DNA from: Neocallimastix sp. 'constans'
Lineage: Eukaryota
Direction: 5' to 3'
Assembly (NCBI GenBank): GCA_050613775.1
Contig: JBODTK010000131.1
Span: 310,001-374,000, forward strand
Length of the DNA: 64,000 bases
A program made the translations under genes and the position numbers. Positions 38,557 to 49,799 of the stretch are shown in pieces (the stretch's first letter is position 1; every line of letters starts with the position of its first letter). Below the pieces are notes generated by a model. The model made no database searches. It worked only from the letters and a program-made list of their open reading frames with translations, and was not told where the DNA came from.

Positions 38557-39119
38557 CACTTCTGCAAATTTTTGAAATATTTTTCAGTCATTTTTTTGTT
38601 TATTTTTGTATGTGTGGCGAATTGTTGAGATAACTGAATTCCGACTAGTTCAGTTATATATCAATTAAAACTATTTAACTAATTACTATTATTTAAATAA
38701 TTATGAATCAATCTAGGCTAAATTAATTCAAATAATTATATTAAACAAAGTTTTAGTTAATAATAAATAATTTTATATCATTTATTTAAAAATATATTAA
38801 TATTAAATCAATCAATATATTACAATATATTGAATTCATGTAAAGAATTAAATTTAAATTTAATTAAATTTAACCCTTTTCTACAATTAATACTAATAAT
38901 TAATATTAATCGAGGAATAAAACAAAAATAAAAGAAAATACTTAACACACAAAATAGAGAGAGGAGTTTATTATAAGAGATTTAATTATGCCAATATTTC
39001 ATAAAATTTTTATTTTTATTAAAATATTTTTTATTAAAAAATAATTTTTATTAAGATTTTGTTATTTCTAAAATAATTAAAATTTTATTTTGTTTATTAT
39101 TATAATTATATTCTTATAA

Positions 39120-39358
39120 TAATAACTCTTGATTTTCAAAATAAAGAAAATCAAGAATTATTTATAGTAAAGTTCCAAATCTTAATGAATAACTTTTTAG
39201 GAAAAGATTTGGGAGAAAAACCTAAAAAGTTTAATGATCAATTATTAATAAAATTGATCATATGTTAATTGAATAAAAACCGATATTTTCCAATCGGAAA
39301 ACTTCAATTAACATTTGTTTTATTTAAACAATGTCAATTATACATGACATTGTTTTAT
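39120..39358 (-). ncRNA. Cluster of RNA structures including an ENE-like hairpin (39262-39314) and a pseudoknot (39172-39231)
   Basis: Five consecutive perfect or near-perfect stems, several with U-rich loops on the minus strand. See findings. Confidence 0.55.
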
Positions 39359-40746
39359 TTTAATTAATTTTTTAAATATTAATTATTCTTTTTTCATTTG
39401 TGATATAAAACGTAAATAAAAACTTTAATTATTAATAAATTATTTTATTAATAATTACATAAAAATTTTATTTTATTTTTTATTTTATTTATTTTATTAT
39501 TTTTATTTATATAATTATGTATATATATTTATATTATTTTATTTTATTTTTTTTTCTTTTTTTTTTTTTTAAAAAAAATTAAAAATAACTATGGCCTATT
39601 ACAATATATATTCTCACCATTGTTCTGTAATATTTGTCTATTGATATTGGTTATTACGTTTTGTTTCTATAATGAATATTATGAAAATAATAAAAATATA
39701 TTTTTATTAGTTTGGATATTAATGATAAATTGATTTTATGTTTTATTTATTTCAACTTAGCTTTATTGATAGCTCAACTGAAGAATTGAGACTCTTAATC
39801 TGTGAAAAACAAATTTATAAATCTAAGACAAGCACTGTATTAATAAAAACAATATAACAAAGTATTTTATATTATGAGTAATATTATAAAATGTTTATTA
39901 ATAATTTTTATTATAAGGATATATATATTTTTCTAAGAGATATTTTACATTAAATTTATTTCATATTTTTATATCTTAGTTAACATTATTTAATTTACTT
40001 AGAGATTAATTATTGGTTAATATAAATTAATAATATCAATAAATGTATGTAACAATTTCGTCTCTAACAAAATGTAAGATTCATAAGTAAATAAATAAAT
40101 ATGAATATGAATGTGAATGTGAATATGAATGATGTCTATGTTTATAGGCAATTATTTATAAAAATATTTATATCATTAAATTATTAATATTATTTATTCC
40201 TATAAAATATAAAAAAAAAATAAATTGAAAAAAGATTAAATTGGAAAATATCTTCATTTTATTATTATATCTCTTTTAATAAAATCTATTATGAAAGAAA
40301 AAGATAAAATATTGTAAATAATAAAAAAAATAATTAAACTTATGTTATTACAATCATATTTATTATTATTATTATTATTATTATTCATTTGCTATTATTA
40401 TTATTTACCTATTATTATTATTTCTGTAACTTTATTTTTTTTTTATCTATTATTTATTTGTTTATTTATAGACATAAAAAGCAATAAATAAGAATAAAAA
40501 ATAATTTAATAAATATATATATTATTTTAATATATATTATAATATATATATAATATATATTTATTGATTTAATTTAAATAATAAAAAAGGAAATAAAAAA
40601 AGGAAATAAAATAATTTAATTTTTTTTTTTTTTAGTTCCAAAATTTTTTGTTTTATTTTTTTTTTTTTAATAATAATAATTTAATTTTATGTTTTATATG
40701 GAAATTCAATAAAAGAAGAAAATAATTGAATTAAAATAAATAAAAA

Positions 40747-42217
40747 ATGTTAAATATTATGAATTCTTTTTTTTATAAAAATAAAGGAGATTTGAAAAGA
40801 GAACTTCATGAAGGAATTATAAATCACAATACTTAAAAAGTAAAAAAAATTTGGATTATGCATCCAAAAATAAAATTATTTTGGAATTAAATGAAAAAGA
40901 TATAGATGGATGGTATCTACTTTTAGAAGTCACTTATTATAATAATACAGAAATACTTAAATTATTAATAGAATATGCCAATAAAAATAAAATTATTTTG
41001 GAATTAAATGGAAAAAATTATAAAGGATATTATCCAATTTTAAATGCAATTTATAAAAGTAATACCGAAATGGTTTAATTATTAATGGATTACGCGAATA
41101 AAAATAAAATTATTTTAGAATTAAATGAAAGAGATAAATTTGGATATAACACAATACTAATAGCAATACATAATAATAATATTAAAATGGCTAAATTATT
41201 AATAGAATACGCGAATAAAAATAAAATCATTTTAGAATTAAATAAAAAAAATGAATATGAAGACTATCCACTTTTAGAAGCAATTTCTGAAAATAATATT
41301 GAAATGGTTAAATTATTAATGGATTATACCAATAAAAATAAAATTATTTTAGAATTAAATAAAAAAAAATAAATATGGATGGTATCCACTTTTAAGTGCT
41401 ATTTCTAATAATAATATTGAAATAGTTCAATTATTAATTGATTTTGCCAATAAAAATAAAATTATTTTGGAATTAAATAAAAAAGATATATTTAAATTTA
41501 CTCCAATATTTGTGGCAATGGAAAAAAATAATATTGAAATGTTTAATTTGTTGGTTGAATACTCCATAGAAAAAGGAAAAAAATTAATAATTGATGAAAT
41601 TGATATTGAAAACGCAATTTCAGAAAAATATTCATTTTGTAAATTAAAGAATATTTCAGAAATTAATTCTATATTTGTAAAATTAATCTATTTATGTAAG
41701 AATAAAAATTTAATTGAAGTAATGTTCAGTGAAAACAGTTACTTTTTGAAAAGATTTAAAGAAATTAATGAAAAAAAAGAATAGAAAATGAAAGTAAGAA
41801 TTACGAGGTATTAGAAATTGAAAATGAAATAACGAAAATAAAATTGGAAAATGAAAGAAAAGAAAAAAAAAGATAAATAATGAATATGAATTAAAGAAAA
41901 TAGAATTGAAAGAAGAAAAAAATGAAAAAGAAAAAATAAGAAAAGACAACGAATTAATGAAAATAGAAAATAAGAAAAAAGAAAACCAAAAATTGGAAAT
42001 AAAGAATTATATAATGGAAAAGATTAATAATAAAAGAGATAATAATGAGACCTTACTGACCTCTGAATGTAAACAAGATAATATTGAAGAAGTTAAAAAA
42101 TTGATTCATTGTGGAATGGATATCAATAAGAAAAATAAAGATGAAGACACCCCATTATTAATTGCATGTAAAAATGGAAATATAGAATTAGTAAAATATT
42201 TATTAAGTTATAAATAA
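40747..42217 (+). pseudogene. B-type ankyrin/coiled-coil pseudogene (6 long repeats)
   Basis: Termini match 19949-22654. Early CAA>TAA stop near 40834 plus further stops and frameshifts. Confidence 0.88.
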
Positions 42218-42425
42218 GTAAAAGAAATAGTTATATTTTCATAAAGCCCTTTTCTCTCTCTTATTTTCATAATAAGCAAATTTTTTATTTTATTAATTAT
42301 TGTAAGCAATAAAGATTAGAAGTTATTACTTTTTATTTTTACAATAGAATTTGTTAAAAAATTCTTTTATTATAAAAAAAATGAGAAAAAGTTAATTTTT
42401 ATGATGAAATAATAAAAATAACAAA

Positions 42426-42464
<39 letters not shown>

Positions 42465-43090
42465 TAATATCATCAAAATATTGAAAACATTATTATTATT
42501 GAAAAGGATTGAATTTGAAATTATCTTCATTTTTATTATCCTTTTTCTTTAAATAAAATCTATTATGAAAGAAAAAGATAAAATGAAATATAAAATAAAA
42601 AATGATGTAATTTATTTTATTATAATTATATTTATTATTTATTATTTATTATTCAATTATTTATTATTATTTATTTTATTTATTATTGATAACAAGTTAT
42701 TAATATAATTATAATATTAATAAAATGTTTTTGCTAAGTTGTCTTCTAACTCTTCATTAAAGAATTACTTTACAACTTTTATGATAAATTATTACTAATG
42801 TAATTTTTATTATTTATAAATAAAATACCAGATAAAATATTACTAAATATAAAAATAATTATTTTCTTATTAATTATTTTTTATTATTAATATTCAATAA
42901 AAAAAAAAACTAATAAAACATAAATAATATATTTTATATTAAAATAGATTTCTTTTATTCCTAAATTCTCTTGTAACTTCTTTTTTTTTTTTTTTTTTTT
43001 TTTTTTCATAAAGAAGTCCAATTTTGCTTAATTAATTTTTCTAATTTTTCTAATTTTCTATTTATTTTTTTTTTTCTATTATTTAAAAAT

Positions 43091-46000
43091 TGTTGTTTAT
43101 TAAAGATTTTTATTAATAAGTTTTATTTATATAAAATATAAATAGGTAATTACAAAGATTTAACGTAGTAAAATTTACATGTATTTATACTAAAATGTGG
43201 CTTGTTCTAGATTATTATTAATTAATTACATTATATTAAATATATATTAAAATTATATTATCATTAATCTAGAATTGTTTTAATATATAAATTCACATAT
43301 TGTAACATTCCCCTCTAAACTTAAATTATTTAAAATAATTTTAGTTTGAATTATTTAGATATAAAATAAATAAATTTATATAAATATTAAATAAAATTTA
43401 ATGTATTAATTTCAATAGATTTATGAAAATAAATTTTGAATTAATGTGATTTATAAAAAATTTTATCTGTAAATTTTTTCATTTTAGATCCATTTATATT
43501 TTTAGTTAATGCATCAGCAAGCATTTCATTAGTGTTTTTATATTCTAATTTTATTCTATTATTTATAATATTATCCTTATTAAAATAATATTTTATAGAA
43601 ATATGTTTAAGTTTTGTGTTAATTTCTCCATTTTCAATGCAGATTTTTGATGCCATATTGTCAGTATATATAGTTATTGGTGATTTCTTATTAAATAATT
43701 CAATTAATATATTCCTAATCCATAATACTTTCTTTGTACATTCAGATGTGCTTGTATATTCTGCCTCTGCAGTAGAAGTAGCAACTGTGTTTTGTTTCTT
43801 GGAATACCAACAAATGGGTGAATTTCCCATTAAAATGATATGACCGGAGGTAGATTTACTGTCTTCTTTATCTCCTGCAAAATCGGCATCTGTATAAGCA
43901 TGTATATGTCCTTGTCCGTTGAATAATAATTTAAAATTTTTTAGTATTATTTAAATATTTAAAAATATTTATTACTTTCTTCCAGTCAGAAGTTGTTGGG
44001 TTTTCACAGTGTCTTGCAGCTTTATGGACCGAGAATGAAATGTCAGGTCTAGTACATTTTGCTAGATAAATAAGTGAACCAATGGCACTTTTATAAATAA
44101 TAGGGTCAAATGGAGTATTATTTTCAGAAATAATATTATCTCCAGAGCATGGTGTATTACATTTTTTAATATTATTAATTTTGTAGGATTTGAGTAAATT
44201 GTCTATAAAGTTTCTTTGATGTACGTAATATTGTTTATTTTTATTTTCAATAGTTATTCCTAAAATATATTTAACTGGTTCACAATTAGATATATTAAAT
44301 CTTTTTGTTATTTTATTTATGAAAAATTTTATTTCCTGATCTGATCCCGTGATTATCATATCATCAACGTAGATACCAATCAAACACGTGACTTTATTAT
44401 TGAAAATTTTGAAGAACATACAAGGTTCAGACTTTAATTGTTTAAATCCATTGTTAGTAATAAAATTAGTGATTGTTTTGTACCATTGCCTTCCTGACTG
44501 GCGTAAGCCGTATAATGCTTTGTTTAACTTCCAAAAACCTTTACCATAATTTGGATCACCTTGCGGAATTGATGTATAAATTACTTTGTCTAAATCAGCA
44601 TTTAAATATGCTGACTTTATGTCTAACTGAAACATATTCCAATGTAGTTTTGCAGCTATAGAGATTATTAGCTTTAAACTGTCTGAATTTAATGTTGGTG
44701 AATATGTTAAATCGAAGTCTGTACCGTATTTTTGTGTAAATCCACGGGCGACTAAGCGAGCTTTGTATTTTGAAATATTATTATTTTTATCTCTTTTTGT
44801 GGCAAATACCCATTTTGTAGTAATAACTGATTTGTTATTAGGTATATGTCTTACAAAAGTCATTGTTTTATTTCTATATAAATTATTTAATTCTTCTTTG
44901 ATGGCTTCAATCCATTTTTCTTTATTTTTACATGTGATAGCTTGATTAAAACTTAATGGGTTGTCGAGTTCGATAGATTGAATAGATAAATTAATGTCCC
45001 GCTTTTTGCTTGGTTCTTTAATTAGTGGACTACCGTGGCGTTTCATTAAAATTTGTGGAGTTGGTACATTTATATCACGTGCCTTTTTGTTATTCATGTT
45101 ATTATCTATGTCTAATGTTCTTTTATTTGATTTATGATTGTTTAGATTATTAGTGTGCGTATTCGAATTGTTCAAAATTGTAGAATCATCGGAATTGTTA
45201 TAGTGTTGTACATCTGATGATAATTTGTTGTTTAATTGATCGTTATTATTACTATTTTCATCAATGTTATTTGGTTCATTTTGTGGCGCATCCTTATTAT
45301 TAATATCGTGATTCAAATTGTTTTGATTATTTATTTTGTCTTTTAAATCATCATTATTTTCAAATAATGAATGATCAATGTTATTATTATAATTTAATGA
45401 TAGAGTGTTTTTATTGTTATTGTTATTGTATTTGTGTAATTCGTAATTAAAAATATAATTTGCTGGTAAATCTTCTTGGAATATAGCTTCCCTAACTAAA
45501 TGAATATTTTGATCCTTGAAATCCATTGCTATGTAGCTATTTGAATCAAAGTTAATTCCTAAAAATATACATTGTTCGATGTTTGTCCTAAGTTATCCTT
45601 TGATTTTTGAATGCTGATTCTTGAAATATAATTACTTTTTCTTTCTCGGCGGTAGGATAACATAGTGTATTTGTCCTTGATTTCTGTGTAAAAAGTTCCT
45701 ACTTCCATAGAAGAACTGAATGTGACCTTGTCTTGTAGCTCCTTAGGAAGTGCATCATACATAATTGATATTTTTTCCATTTTTGGAAGGTCCATAGAAG
45801 ATGTTTTGAGAAGCCTAAATAGTTCACAGATTTCATTGATTACTTCCATAGTTTCATGGAAGGAATTTGCGCGGATCGTATATAGTTGTTTGATCCACAT
45901 ACCACAAAGGGCCGAATTGTCTATGTAATATAGTGTTTTTAGTTTCTGCATTTTAGCGTACGCATTTGGAGAGTCTTTAATGAAGAATTTTATTCGATCG

Positions 46001-46468
46001 ACCACATTTGCCGTAATATCTGAACATACTTGAGCATCTTCAGCAATACAGTCGTCATAAAACTTCCTTTCATTGGCAGTTGATGATTCCGAAATCTTCA
46101 ATGTGGCTAAGTAATTGGAAGTTACATATTTCGTTAATTTCTTTGCTTTAAAGTGGTCATAAATGGCATCATACCAAATTGGATAATTTTCACTTCCGGT
46201 GAGCTTATCGATGGAGAAGTTAGTAGCCATTTTGAAATGAGACTCTTAATCTGTTGTTTATTAAAGATTTTTATTAATAAGTTTTATTTATATAAAATAT
46301 AAATAGGTAATTACAAAGATTTAACGTAATAAAATTTACATGTATTTATACTAAAATGTGGCTTGTTCTAGATTATTATTAATTAATTACATTATATTAA
46401 ATATATATTAAAATTATATTATCATTAATCTAGAATTGTTTTAATATATAAATTCACATATTGTAACA
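43091..46468 (-). mobile_element. Young, internally deleted Ty1/copia element (217-bp LTRs 43091-43307 and 46252-46468, TSD AAAAT)
   Basis: LTRs differ at one position by eye. AAAAT at 43086-43090 and 46469-46473, PBS 46237-46251, PPT 43308-43316. Gag 45559-46230, RT 43931-45526 (YKARLVARGFTQ, YVDD), RNase H 43441-43930. Empty site at ~180, ~23570 and ~28685. Confidence 0.95.
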
Positions 46469-47257
46469 AAAATAACTTAATCTATTTAATCCATATATTA
46501 TTTAAAAAAATTATATATAAAATATATAATATAAATTATAATATATAAAAATACAACTTAATAATATAAATTTAATATATGAATATAATATATAAGTAAT
46601 ATAATTTTAATAATTATTAATATATTGTTAATATATTGTTAATATATTATTTATGTATTACTTTATAATCTTTTTACATAAAATTTTATTTTAATTTTAT
46701 ATATTGTATACATAAATAGATTATGTATAAATTTTGTATTTACTTTTTTGAAATATTTTTGTTAATTCTTTATCAAATATTATTTATTTAATTATTTATA
46801 GTTTATAAAAAGCAATTAAAAAATTAAAAATAATATATTATAATATAAAATAATATATTAATTTAATTTAAATAATTAAAAATTAAATAATAAGAAATTA
46901 AATAAAAAAATTAAAATTTTTTTTTTTTTAGTTCCAAATTTTTTAAAATTTTTTTTTTTAATTATTTAAATTTTATTTAAAAATTTTAAAACGGAAGTAA
47001 AAAAAAATTTTTTAATTATTTTTATTTGTATAAAAGGAAAGAAAATTTCTCATAAAAAAAAAAAAAATTTTTTTTTTTAAATTCATAAAAAGAAAAATTA
47101 AACAAATAAAAAAATAATAAATAAATTAATAAACAAATATAAAAAAAATTAAACGTAAATAATAAATAAACTCATCTTTTATTAGGAAAAGCAAAAAAAA
47201 AAAAATAAAATATAAAAAAAAAAATTAATTGAATAGAAAAAAAAAAATTTAAAAATT

Positions 47258-48197
47258 ATGAATTCATTTATTGATAAAAGTGAAGAAGATTTAAAAGAAG
47301 AACTTAATAAGGAAATTAGAAGTGACAATACTCAAAAAGTTAAAAAAATTTTAGATTATGCTACAGAAAATAAAATTATTTTAGAATTAAATGAAAAAGA
47401 TGAATATGGAGAGTATCCACTTTTAAAAGCAAAATAAAATTATTTTGGAATTAAATGAAAAAAGTTATCTTAAATATACTCCAATATTTGAGGCAATACA
47501 AAATAATAATATTGAAATGTTTAAAATGTTGGTGAAATATTCAATAGAAAAAGGAATAAAATTAATAATTGATGAAAATGATATTGCGGAAATGATTTCG
47601 GAAGAATATTACCTTTGTGAATTAAATAATATTTCAGAAATTAATTCTAAATTTATAGAATTAATCTATTTTTGTAATAATAAAAATATAATTGAAGTAA
47701 TATTCAGCGTAAACAGTTACTTTTGGAAAAAATTTAGAGAATTTAATGAAAATAAAGGAATAGAAAATGAACGTAAGAAATATGAAGTATTAGAAATTGA
47801 AAATGAAATAAAGAAAATAGAATTGGAAGAAGAAAGAAAAGAAAACGAAAAAATAAGAAAAGACTTGAAATTACTGAGAATAGAATTGGAAGAAGAAAAA
47901 AAGGAGAAAAAAAAATAAGAAAACACTTGAAATTACTGAGAATAGAAAAAGAAAAAAAAGAAAACAAAAAATTGGAAAAGAAGAACTATAAAGTGAAAAA
48001 AATACAAATTAAAAAGATAATAATTAGACCTTATTAACCTCTGTTTTTAAACAAAAATTAATTAATTATGGAATGGATATCAATAAGAAAAATAAAGGAG
48101 ATACATCATTATTAAATGCATGTAAAAATAGAAATATAGAATTAGCAAAGTATTTATTAAGTGATAAAAAAGTAAAGGAAAAAACTATAATTTAATA
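47258..48197 (+). pseudogene. A-type ankyrin/coiled-coil pseudogene (out-of-frame collapse of repeat array)
   Basis: Starts MNSFIDKSEEDLKEEL. A deletion after YPLLKA at ~47430 shifts the frame. Same decayed tail as the 24413 and 29488 copies. Confidence 0.85.
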
Positions 48198-49703
48198 AAA
48201 TCCTTTTCTCTCCTTTCTCTTCATAACAATAATAATAAGAAAATTTTTATTTTATTAATTATTAAAAAAAAAAAATTTGAAATTATTATTTTTTATTTTA
48301 ATAATAAAATTTATTAAAAAATTCTTTTAATATAAATAATAATGAAAAAATGCTGTTTATATAAGAAAAAAAAAATTTAAAATATAAAATTTTTTTGTTT
48401 TATTTTTTTTTTTTTTTTTTATTTTTAAAATATTCTTCTTTTCGATTTTAAAATGAAAATATTTTATTATTTCATCATTTTATGTAATAATTTTTTATAA
48501 TTAAAATATTTAATTTTTAGCATTTAAAAAAATAAATTTTCTAATTTTCTAATTTTTTTTATTTTTTTTTAGTTATTTTAATTTTATTTAATATTTAATC
48601 ATAATTATTTATTATATTAATTTTAATTATAATTAAATTTATATTTGATAATATTTATTATATTAATATTTATAATATATTATATTATTATATATTATTA
48701 TTAAATATATTTATATTATTCAACACTAATTTTTATATGTAAATAATAATCCTAATAATAACTGTTCTTCATATTTTATTATTTAATATTGAGAAGTTAA
48801 CTTGGTTATTATTTTAGGAAAAGATATTAATGTTAATAAAATATCATTATACTATTAAAAATATTTAGCACATAAAGACAATAATATCTATGATATAAAA
48901 CAAATAGGTATAGTGAACATATTTGTATATTTGAATATTTGTATATTCAGATATTAAATTTATATCTTATTATAATAATTTATATTATTATATATTTTAT
49001 ATTATTATTTATATTTTATATTATTTATATTTTGTATATATTATTTATATTTCTTTTATATATTTCTTAAATATTAAATTATACTTTTTATTTTAAATTA
49101 TTAAAGTCTATAATTATTAAAGTTTATATAATTAATATAATAGTTTATATTATTTATATATTATTCATATTAAAATATTATTATTTATTTATATATATTA
49201 TATTTATATATATATATTTATTTATAATAATTATATATTAATAATACTTTACAGTATAATTAATATTAATTCTTATTCTTGTTTTTGTTTTTCTTTAGTA
49301 GAAATAATATTGTAATTATAAAATAATAAAATATTAATAAAAATTATTAATAACTCAAATACACTTATTAAATTAGCTACAACATAAAGAATATCACATT
49401 ATCTATCCTAACACGTGATCAATGATGATCACGCTAATAAACTAATGAAGATTTACAATATGCAGGAATCAACCCGCTTCAGACATATATATGTACAACT
49501 GAGAAGCACGATCATAGTGTAGACGATGACTTGTTCAATTTAGGGTTAGGCTGTCAGTTGGGGTTACTTTTTAGTGGTAAGGTTGAATGGAACTCCGGAC
49601 TATTGAACCCAGGGTTTAAGCGTTGATCATTGATCCGATCTCACGGAGTTCTAAATAAATGGGATATTACTGTAGAAGCATTAATATTAGATAGCCGAAT
49701 AAA

Positions 49704-49734
<31 letters not shown>

Positions 49735-49799
49735 TGTGCATATGTTTTAACATTGAATTTAAATATAAAAATTTAAGCAATAATTATAAAAGTGTAGGA

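Larger units (their letters stand above)
31814..40069 (-). mobile_element. Ty1/copia LTR retrotransposon (5' LTR 39801-40069, truncated 3' LTR 31814-32050, TSD AAATG)
   Basis: Direct repeats TGTGAAAAAC... and AAATG at 31809-31813 and 40070-40074. The empty site is visible in the paralogous region near 19185-19230. Gag-PR-IN-RT-RH order on the minus strand. Confidence 0.92.

Noticed and set aside
38629..38658. Hairpin ATAACTGAA/TTCAGTTAT upstream of the tRNAs as a Helitron end
   Set aside because: CTAG lies within rather than after the hairpin, and there are no other Helitron hallmarks.
19949..46468. Diversity-generating retroelement (RTs next to variable repeat genes)
   Set aside because: The RTs are ordinary copia YVDD enzymes within LTR elements. 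No template/variable repeat pair or adenine-specific mutation pattern is evident.
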